From NCBI GenBank assembly GCA_016931575.1, contig JAFGEO010000062.1, positions 91,090 through 155,089 of the forward strand: DNA of 64,000 nucleotides, in the 5' to 3' direction. Within the stretch, counting starts at the first letter, position 1, and each line of letters begins with the position of its first letter. Source of the stretch: Bacteroidales bacterium. GTDB lineage: Bacteria > Bacteroidota > Bacteroidia > Bacteroidales > UBA10428. Positions 8,994 through 16,365 of the stretch are shown piece by piece. The notes under the pieces are model-generated. The model saw only the letters and a program-made list of their open reading frames with translations, did no database searches and was not told the origin of the DNA. The position numbers and the translations under genes were made by a program.

Positions 8994-10457
8994 ATGCTAT
9001 CCAAATCCAGAATCCTAAGAGGTTATCAATGTAAGAAATCACTTTATCTATACACACATCATCCCGATCTCCGGGACGAACTTACCGAACAGCAACAAGC
9101 GATATTTGAAACCGGTACGGAAGTGGGAAAACTAGCTTGTCAACTTTTTCCCGGAGGCAAATATGGAACACCAGAGGGGGAGATTCCTAGTGAAGATTCC
9201 ATTAATCATACCCGAGATCTGATAACTCAGGGCGAAAAAGTAATTTATGAGGCGACATTTGTGTATGATGATATTTTAGTGGCTGTAGATATCCTGGTTA
9301 AGACTGATAATTGCTGGCAGATCTATGAGGTTAAGAGTGCCACCAAGGTGAAGGATATAAATATCATCGATATAGCATCGCAGCAATATGTCCTTGCTGG
9401 CAATGGTTTAACAATTAATAGGGTTTTCCTGGTCTATCTGAATAATCAGTATGTCCGAAACGGTAATCTTAATGTTGAATCACTATTTGTGAAAGAGGAT
9501 GTATCAGAGAGAGTCGATTCTGTTCTTCCTACCATCCCGGAGCTAGTCGCGCAGCTGAAAGATGCGATAAAGCAGAGTAATATTCCTGATATTGATATTG
9601 GTCCTTATTGTTCCGATCCCTATGATTGTGATTTCATGGGGCACTGCTGGCAGCACATACCGGAGAATTCAGTTTTTAATATCAGTAGGTTGAATTCCAG
9701 AAAGAAATTTGAATTATACAATGAGGGGATCATTGAATATAAGGATATCCCACAAGATTTTAAGCTCAATGATAAACAGCAATTACAGATCGATGCCTAT
9801 CTGAATAATGAGGATACGATCAATGCGAGCGCAATTAGAAAATTCTGTGCTGAGTTCAAGTATCCGCTGTATTTTTTCGATTTCGAGACATTCCAACCGC
9901 CGGTTCCCTTGTTCAACCATTCCAAGCCTTACCAACAGATACCTTTTCAATATTCTGTTCATTACAAAGAAAGCGCAGATAGTCAGGTACAGCATCTTGA
10001 GTTCCTAGCAAATCCGAATGGAGACCCTAGACCACCATTGATGGAAGCAATGATAAATCATCTTGGAAAGAAAGGTGATATTGTTGCCTACCATGCTTCC
10101 TTTGAGAAATCTCGAATTAAAGAGATGGCGGCTGATTTTCCGAAATATAAATCTGCCCTTGAAGAGATTATTCCGCGGATTAAAGACCTGGAACCTATTT
10201 TTTCTTCAAAGAACTATTATACTCCGGCGATGAAGGGTAAATCATCGATTAAGCAAGTGCTTCCCGCATTGATTCCGGAGTTATCCTATGAGGGAATGGA
10301 AATTGCTAATGGAGGTATGGCAAGCACTGCCTTTTCTCAACTATACACTGAGAAAGATCAAGCTACAATCGATGAGGTGCGCAATAATCTCCTCAAGTAT
10401 TGTGAGCTTGATACGTTTGCTATGGTGAGAATCTTGGAGAAGTTGGAATCATATTAA
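8994..10457 (+). CDS. DUF2779-type protein: Cas4/RecB-like PD-(D/E)XK nuclease + DnaQ-like 3'-5' exonuclease
   Basis: 487 aa. N-terminus RILRGYQCKKSLYLY, EVKS nuclease core and a Cys cluster CSDPYDCDFMGHCW. C-terminal half has FFDFETF, YHASFEKSRI and YCELDTFAMV (Exo I-III-like). Confidence 0.8.
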   Translation: MLSKSRILRGYQCKKSLYLYTHHPDLRDELTEQQQAIFETGTEVGKLACQLFPGGKYGTPEGEIPSEDSINHTRDLITQGEKVIYEATFVYDDILVAVDILVKTDNCWQIYEVKSATKVKDINIIDIASQQYVLAGNGLTINRVFLVYLNNQYVRNGNLNVESLFVKEDVSERVDSVLPTIPELVAQLKDAIKQSNIPDIDIGPYCSDPYDCDFMGHCWQHIPENSVFNISRLNSRKKFELYNEGIIEYKDIPQDFKLNDKQQLQIDAYLNNEDTINASAIRKFCAEFKYPLYFFDFETFQPPVPLFNHSKPYQQIPFQYSVHYKESADSQVQHLEFLANPNGDPRPPLMEAMINHLGKKGDIVAYHASFEKSRIKEMAADFPKYKSALEEIIPRIKDLEPIFSSKNYYTPAMKGKSSIKQVLPALIPELSYEGMEIANGGMASTAFSQLYTEKDQATIDEVRNNLLKYCELDTFAMVRILEKLESY

Positions 10458-10509
10458 CTAGTATTTTAAGAAAACGTATGGCTATTAACACTTCAAATGC
10501 ACCCAAATA

Positions 10510-11388
10510 GTGGAATACCAGGATAAACTCTCCAAACAATATAATGATTTTCATTCCTTTCTCTTGGATTGGGGTGAGCAAGTGGAGAAAGTCAAACATA
10601 TCCTTTCCTACCTAAATACCTATCCCGATACTTTGGAACAGTTGGATCTGACTGATTTACATGAACCGTCTACAGTTGATTCTGAATTGGAGGAATGGGT
10701 CCATTTATGCGAAATACTTGAACATCCCTTGGAGAAGGATTTCTTTAAACCGTATTGGATTCCCATTGTGAAAAAATCACTTTATACATTTATCGATCTA
10801 TCAAATACTAATTTCCCTATTTTTGAAATAGATTTCATCTTTTATGAACCCTTCCAATGGAGAAAGAAGTATGTTATTGATAACATTGAAGAGATATTAT
10901 TAGGTTCAAATTTCGACGGGATTCTTTCTTCTAATGAGGAGAAAAATTGGGAAGAAATTCAAGGTTTTTATAGACAAAGAAGAATACTAGGATTAAATGG
11001 GGACCTGAAAATTGATCCGGTGTCAAAAGATGAAATTGAACTGGATGAAGGTCCTCCAATTCAGATCACACAGACTCCTGATGGGGCTGTCGTTTTATCC
11101 AACACTACCTCCTTATGCATTGGACTTTTACCTTTCGATTATAAGATCAAACTGGACTTTGTAGAAACTGATAGCTGGAAAGTGGGTTTTAGTTTGGAAG
11201 ATCCGAAAACAATTAAAGATTTGGTTTTTCTTTTTAGGGAGGAGGGATTATTGAGAATTTCGAGTTTTTCTCTGCTGCTTGAAATGTATCCGGATGGTAG
11301 TATTGTGTTTGCAGAAAAGAAACTTTCGATTTATCCTGCTTTTGAAGGCTCCTTTGAGCTTTTGACTGGGACTTTTGAAAGTCTGTAA
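10510..11388 (+). CDS. hypothetical protein (GTG start, orphan)
   Basis: 292-codon ORF, 52 nt after DUF2779 on the same strand. There is no ATG until about codon 260, so a GTG start is implied. No recognisable domain. Confidence 0.45.
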   Translation: MEYQDKLSKQYNDFHSFLLDWGEQVEKVKHILSYLNTYPDTLEQLDLTDLHEPSTVDSELEEWVHLCEILEHPLEKDFFKPYWIPIVKKSLYTFIDLSNTNFPIFEIDFIFYEPFQWRKKYVIDNIEEILLGSNFDGILSSNEEKNWEEIQGFYRQRRILGLNGDLKIDPVSKDEIELDEGPPIQITQTPDGAVVLSNTTSLCIGLLPFDYKIKLDFVETDSWKVGFSLEDPKTIKDLVFLFREEGLLRISSFSLLLEMYPDGSIVFAEKKLSIYPAFEGSFELLTGTFESL

Positions 11389-11403
11389 TTATTGCCGTCA
11401 TAA

Positions 11404-12569
11404 TATAATTTTTCCATACCCGCTCTCTTACTTAAACACAATCGATTTTGCTCTTTAATCCAAGAATTTCAAAAGTCGGAGAAATGGAGGGGTAGCCTTC
11501 CCTGAAAATGAAGCCTGGTCCGTTTATCAAAGTACTACAACCAATCACCTTCGGATTTAAGCCAGGATCAGATCAAGGATTATCTTCTTTACCTGATTAG
11601 TGTAAAGCAGGTATCCCGAAGTACGGTCAACCAGTTAATCAGTACCCTTAAGCTATTATGGGAAGGGGTTTTGGAACGTCCATGGGAAGATATCCAAATA
11701 AAACGACCCCGGCTTTCCAGGGAGCTGCCCGTGGTGTTATCGAAACAGGAAGTCGGAAAGCTCCTTTCTATGCCCCGTAACCTTAAACATCGTACGTGTT
11801 TAAGTCTGGCCTATTCCGGTGGCTTAAGGATATCGGAACTTGCCCATCTGATGCCTGAAGACCTGGACCGTTCCCGTATGCAGATCCTTGTGTTTCATGG
11901 CAAAGGTCCCAGGACCCGTTATGTTCCGCTGGCCAGGAACATGTTGGGTTTATTGAATGAGTATCAAAGGTTCTACCGTACCCAAAAATATCTTTTTGAA
12001 GGTCAAAAACCAGGAGTCCCCATAGCGACTACTACTCTAGGTATTGTTTTCAGAACCGCTTTAAAAAAGGCAGGTATACAAAAAAAGTGGATCTTGAATC
12101 TTTAAAGCCCCTGCTTTACCGGAAAGACTGGGTGGTGTATGCAAAAAAAACCTTTGCCGGACCCGCTCAGATCCTTCACTACCTGGGACGTTATACCCAC
12201 CGTGTGGCCATCTCTAATTCCCGTATCCTGGGATATCAAAACGGATGGGTGACTTTCCGCTGGAAAGATTATCGAAATAAAGCATGCTGGAAAACCATGC
12301 AACTCGACAACCTGGAGTTTATGCGTCGATTCCTGCTGCATGTTCTGCCCTGCAATTTCTATAAGATCCGATACTATGGGATCATGGTCCTGGCTCAGCG
12401 CAGGCAGACACTGCTGCAGTGCCGGGATTTGATCCGTCTTCAGAAACAAAGATCCCCTGATCCTGAGGCCGGATGGGAAAGAATCTCCGAAACTTTTACC
12501 AGAAAATGCCCGGAGTGCCAGGTGGGAACCCTGAAGTTTTATAAGTTCCTGCTACCCGGTGCGGGATAA
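11404..12569 (+). pseudogene. IS91-family element remnant: tyrosine-recombinase N-terminal part fused by deletion to the C-terminal part of a Y2/HUH transposase
   Basis: Integrase-like frame (RGSLP*K*SLVRLSKYYNQSPSDLSQDQIKDYLLYL..LAYSGGLRISEL..GKGPRTRYVPL..AGIQKK) has two in-frame TGA codons and lacks the catalytic C-terminus. At about 12087 it switches frame into WVVYAKKTFAGPAQILHYLGRYTHRVAISNSRIL..FLLHVLPCNFYKIRYYG, an IS91 transposase C-terminus without the HUH part. Confidence 0.75.
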
Positions 12570-12928
12570 GTTTTATAGCGAACCGAAGTTCTTTGAAATA
12601 AGCGATCCTCAAGCGGCCTGAAGAGTTGCGTACCGGGAGAATATTGTCCAAAATCCGATAGGGAAAGGGTAAAAACACCGTGCTAAAACCCGATTTTCAG
12701 GGCCAGGAAGACTGACGTAAACCATACAGAAGCAAACCGTTATTCAAAAATACCCATAGGGCTTCGTCCAACTCAATTGTATGCCCAATTTCCCCCTGTG
12801 CATAGTTCATACTTGACTGACTTAATCAAATGACTATCTTTGAATAAGATACTTAGGGGGAAACGGTGCATACAATCCTTATAAGTTGTGTGTAATGCGG
12901 CTTCACGATAATAGTAACAATTATTGTC

Positions 12929-13855
12929 ATGCATAATCAGCAATATTTAGAAGATCTAATTAGCAATCAAGTTGAAGAAAATCTTAATCTTGAGTATAAA
13001 GCAGCTGGAGCTCTAGAGAGACATGATAAAAAAACTAACGAAATTTCAAAAGATGTTTCTGCTTTTGCAAACTCTGAAGGAGGCATCATTATTTATGGTT
13101 TGACAGAGATTGATCATCTCCCCGAAAAGATTGATCCTATTCAAAGAGAAAATATTTCTAAAGAATGGTTAGAGCAGATAATAAATAGTAAAATTAGACC
13201 AAGAATTGATGGTGTCGAGATTCATCCAATTGAGATCAACAACGACAAAGAAAAGGTTGTCTATCTTGTGGAAATACCTCAAAGCACAACAGTACATCAG
13301 GCTGATGATCAGAAATACTATAAACGATTTAACTTTATGTCTATACCTATGTACGATTATGAGATTAGAGACGTAATGAATCGCATTAAAGTACCGAAAA
13401 TCAGTCTAGAATTCGAAATAGTAATACAATCGATAAAGACCACTGGTTCAAATGAGGAAATACCACCGAACTATTACTTAAACGTATATGCAAAAAATGA
13501 AGGAAGTTTACTTGCTAACTATGTATGTTGTTATATTAAGATCCCTGACAAATGCATTGAGGATCAATATCTGTTGGATAAAAAAATCAGATTAGAAGGA
13601 TTCTATGCTGAAAATACAGCAAGAGATGTTCTTGATGTTGAAGTAAGAGGGGAAACATTTATTGATAAACTTGGACCAACCAGGTATATTCCTATATTAC
13701 CAAAAATGAAGATTAAGCTTAATTGTGATATACCTAGATTACATCAATACTACCGAGATTATGAGAATGAAATAAGTTGGATCTTATACGCTGATAACTC
13801 TGAACCAAGGAAAGGCAAAATAAGATTTCGTGATATTGATTATAAATATAATTAA
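12929..13855 (+). CDS. Schlafen/AlbA_2-domain protein (short form, unknown C-terminal domain)
   Basis: 308 aa. The N-terminal EENLNLEYKAAG...ISKDVSAFANSEGGIIIYGL..VVYLVEIPQS pattern is typical of the AlbA_2 domain. There is no HTH or ATPase tail. Confidence 0.7.
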   Translation: MHNQQYLEDLISNQVEENLNLEYKAAGALERHDKKTNEISKDVSAFANSEGGIIIYGLTEIDHLPEKIDPIQRENISKEWLEQIINSKIRPRIDGVEIHPIEINNDKEKVVYLVEIPQSTTVHQADDQKYYKRFNFMSIPMYDYEIRDVMNRIKVPKISLEFEIVIQSIKTTGSNEEIPPNYYLNVYAKNEGSLLANYVCCYIKIPDKCIEDQYLLDKKIRLEGFYAENTARDVLDVEVRGETFIDKLGPTRYIPILPKMKIKLNCDIPRLHQYYRDYENEISWILYADNSEPRKGKIRFRDIDYKYN

Positions 13856-14325
13856 GTACTACACACAACAGCCAATTTAAGTCATATGCTAGTTCGTGGC
13901 ACGGTGGATAAGAACGCGGGCCAATTTTTCTTAACTTGCTAATCAAAAACACTGAGATACAACGCCTACGCCTCATAATGGCGGAACGTTTGATACCAAA
14001 TGAACTAGAAGATAGTTTATTGTGTGATTCATGGTTTTCAGCTTTTTACAAAGCTAAAACCAAGATATTCATTTCAAATCGACACGCACCTAAAAAGCTC
14101 TACAAGTCAGTTATATCAAAGATTTCAAAGAACTCTATATTAATTTAATCGGACACTAGTGAATTACGATATAAAATATAGAATGGGCAAGGAATTGGAG
14201 GGGGAAGATGAAGAATGATATAAAATGTAAATGCCCCGCTGGGCGAGGCATCGGTCCAAAGATGCTATCTTTGGAGCTGTTAATGTGATGCAAATGTACA
14301 AACTAAATTAGTCGAAAACAAGAAA

Positions 14326-14946
14326 ATGGATACAAAAATTAACCGCGTAATTGTTTACATTGATGGTTTTAACCTCTATTTTGGCATGAAGGATGCAGGT
14401 TTTAATCATTGTAAATGGTTAGATATTAACAAACTAATAAACACGTACCTTACAGCAAATCAGCAACTGGTGGCTGTAAAATATTTTACAAGCCGTGTAA
14501 CTAATAATCCGCAAAAACAACGCCGCCAAACCATCTACATCGAAGCGCTTGAAACCACAGGAGCTAAAATGGTGTATGGCCTTTACAAAGCAAAAAATAT
14601 TGAGTGTGAGAATTGTGGACATTTATGGTCAATCTCTAACGAAAAAATGACGGATGTAAACATTGCTACCCATTTAATAATTGATGCTTTTCAGGATAAG
14701 TATGATACAGCTATACTGGTTTCGGGCGATAGTGATTTAGTACCCCCAATCAAGGCTGTACATGAAAACTTTCCTAAAAAAGCTATATCGGTATTTTTCC
14801 CGCCAAGCAGACATAATAATTCAGTAGCAGCAGTTGCAAAAGGCTCTCAGATAATTGGTCGTAAAAAACTTACCGATTGCCAATTTCCTGATGAAGTTAA
14901 AAAGCGAGATGGTTACATTTTACGCAAACCAAGCGAATGGAGCTAA
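14326..14946 (+). CDS. NYN-domain (PIN-like) ribonuclease family protein
   Basis: 206 aa. Contains VIVYIDGFNLYF, TDVNIATHLI and AILVSGDSDLVPPIKAV (NYN acidic motifs), plus a CENCGH element. Confidence 0.8.
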   Translation: MDTKINRVIVYIDGFNLYFGMKDAGFNHCKWLDINKLINTYLTANQQLVAVKYFTSRVTNNPQKQRRQTIYIEALETTGAKMVYGLYKAKNIECENCGHLWSISNEKMTDVNIATHLIIDAFQDKYDTAILVSGDSDLVPPIKAVHENFPKKAISVFFPPSRHNNSVAAVAKGSQIIGRKKLTDCQFPDEVKKRDGYILRKPSEWS

Positions 14947-15398
14947 TTTGTAAAGGAAATACCGACCTTTTAAAGCTACCCAAAACAGCTTTTCTATGCA
15001 GCCGCAAAGTACCAGCCTCTGTAGTATTAAAATGCTATGATTGGGCAATAGAGCAAAGAGAAAAAGGTAATTGCGTTATAAGTGGTTTTCATAGCCAAAT
15101 AGAAAAAGATGTGTTGCATTATTTACTCAAAGGCAAACAACCCATAATATTAGCATTGGCAAGAGGTTTAAAGGTGAAAATAGAACCTGAATTTGAAAAA
15201 CCAATAAATGAAGAAAGACTATTGATAATCACTCCATTTGATGAAAAAGTTAAGAGGGTAACGGAGGAAACAGCACAAAAAAGAAACGAATTAATGATTA
15301 GCCTTGCCGACCAAATAACCATTGGTTTTGCAAGTGAGGGCGGAAAATTAGACGAATTAATAAAAGGAATTGAGAAACCAATAAACAGAATAATATGA
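14937..15398 (+). CDS. DprA/Smf-like Rossmann (SLOG) domain protein, minimal form
   Basis: 153 aa. TAFLCSRKVP.., CVISGFHSQIEKDVLHYLLKGKQPIILALARGL and AQKRNELMISLADQITIGFASEGG align with DprA core motifs. The start overlaps the NYN stop by 10 nt (ATGGAGCTAA). Confidence 0.7.
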   Translation: MELICKGNTDLLKLPKTAFLCSRKVPASVVLKCYDWAIEQREKGNCVISGFHSQIEKDVLHYLLKGKQPIILALARGLKVKIEPEFEKPINEERLLIITPFDEKVKRVTEETAQKRNELMISLADQITIGFASEGGKLDELIKGIEKPINRII

Positions 15399-15931
15399 GC
15401 CAACCCACAGTCGTAAGCACATTTGCAAGCCCGCACGAGCCAACGCTCAAACCAATTTTTGCGATAAGTGAGTGCAGAGCCAAACTTGTTTGAGCTATGC
15501 CGAACGAAGCAAAAATCAGCGAAGCTAAAGGCTTGCAAAAGAGCTTCCGCCTTTCCAGCCCGATTAACCACCTTTCAGGATGGTTTAAGGATTACTCACA
15601 GTTTGTTTATTTTTAGAGGTGTTCGTGAATCGCTTCGCTTATTTGTCCACACTCAAAAAAACAAAATAAATTTGTGCTTCGTGGATAGGTGTAATCGGTA
15701 AATAACAATGTACACTTTTTCGCAATACGGAATGCACAGGTTTTAGCAAATAAGAGTGCTGTATCAGCCATTAGATCTCTCCTTTGAAGATATCAGGGCC
15801 AAGAGCGATGCTGCCCTGGAGTTTGGATATTTCGGTGATATTGACCCCCCCATTTCGGTCATGCTGCTCCCCCTGATCAGATTTAATTCAAAGAACAGTC
15901 AAAAAAGAGTTCTTTGTTTGATGAAAAATGT

Positions 15932-15978
15932 GGGTGGTCACTTTAAAACGGTGCGGGGTGGTCAATTTGACCGGTGGT
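15932..15978. repeat. two tandem ~23-24 bp direct repeats (GGGTGGTCAnTTT..CGGTG) next to the right att-like repeat
   Basis: gggtggtcactttaaaacggtg followed by gggtggtcaatttgaccggtg, about 50 nt from 16026. Confidence 0.6.
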
Positions 15979-16025
15979 TGCAGGATGAATAACAAGATGG
16001 CAACTAGACTAGAATATTTATATTG

Positions 16026-16125
16026 CAAACAAAAACAGAGGCTTTGCCTCTTCTTTGGCTAAACCTCTGATTTACAACGAGCGGGAAACGGGGATCGAAC
16101 CCGCGACCCTCAGCTTGGGAAGCTG
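16026..16125. repeat. att-like direct repeat, right copy (part of the intact tRNA-Gly plus its terminator)
   Basis: Matches 7586..7684. Includes the hairpin AGAGGC-TTT-GCCTCT, which on the minus strand is followed by GTTTTTGTTTG. Confidence 0.85.
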
Positions 16126-16151
16126 ATGCTCTACCACTGAGCTACTCCCGC
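16080..16151 (-). tRNA. tRNA-Gly (anticodon CCC)
   Basis: The reverse complement GCGGGAGTAGCTCAGTGGTAGAGCATCAGCTTCCCAAGCTGAGGGTCGCGGGTTCGATCCCCGTTTCCCGCT folds as a 72-nt cloverleaf with anticodon loop TTCCCAA. No encoded CCA. Confidence 0.9.
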
Positions 16152-16157
16152 TTTTAT

Positions 16158-16299
16158 GCACCGCAGCCTTGGCGAAGGTGCAACTTTGTCCGCCGTAGAT
16201 TTAGCGAAGGCGGGCATTTTATTTTACCACCCATAGCTTTAGCGCAGGCGACCTTTCAACTTTAGCACCCTGGCTTTCGCGAAGGCGTGCAATTCTATC
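16158..16299. repeat. four tandem degenerate 33-37 nt GC-rich hairpin-capable repeats (core TTnGCGAAGG)
   Basis: Units at 16158-16190, 16191-16227, 16228-16264 and 16265-16299. Short GC stems (e.g. GCACC...GGTGC, CGCC...GGCG) are clear in three of the four units. They lie between the metF stop and the tRNA-Gly 5' end. Confidence 0.6.
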
Positions 16300-16365
16300 T
16301 GAAGTGATTCACTATAAATCGCAGAATAAAGATAGGAATATGCCGAAAATAAGCAAGCTAAAAAA

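Larger units (their letters stand above)
7586..16125. mobile_element. tRNA-Gly-associated genomic (defence-type) island, probably immobilised
   Basis: Bounded by direct repeats of the tRNA 3' segment. The interior is visibly more AT-rich than the flanks. Cargo is nucleases and defence-associated families plus an IS remnant. No intact integrase. Confidence 0.65.

Noticed and set aside
11671-12569. ORFs 11671..12105 and 12087..12569 as two functional genes (integrase and transposase)
   Set aside because: Both are fragments. The first lacks the catalytic C-terminal half and has upstream in-frame stops; the second lacks the HUH N-terminal part. They are called a single IS remnant pseudogene.
12789-12872. 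8-bp inverted repeat TTTCCCCC/GGGGGAAA, with each arm followed a few nt downstream by GTGCATA, after the IS remnant
   Set aside because: It is short and could be the decayed IS91 terminal hairpin or a chance match. It is not distinctive enough to call.
13936-14148. 70-aa ORF in the AlbA_2-NYN intergenic region
   Set aside because: It is low-complexity and AT-rich, uses a non-ATG start (TTG) and has no motif. It is more likely part of a regulatory leader.
15756-15992. 78-aa ORF near the right island end
   Set aside because: Its C-terminal part (GGHFKTVRGGQFDRW) is just the translation of the tandem GGGTGGTCA repeats, and no domain is recognisable. It is treated as non-coding.
16158-16299. 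Tandem 33-37-nt repeats considered as a CRISPR array
   Set aside because: The units abut each other with no spacers and are degenerate, and no cas genes are nearby. This is not a CRISPR array.
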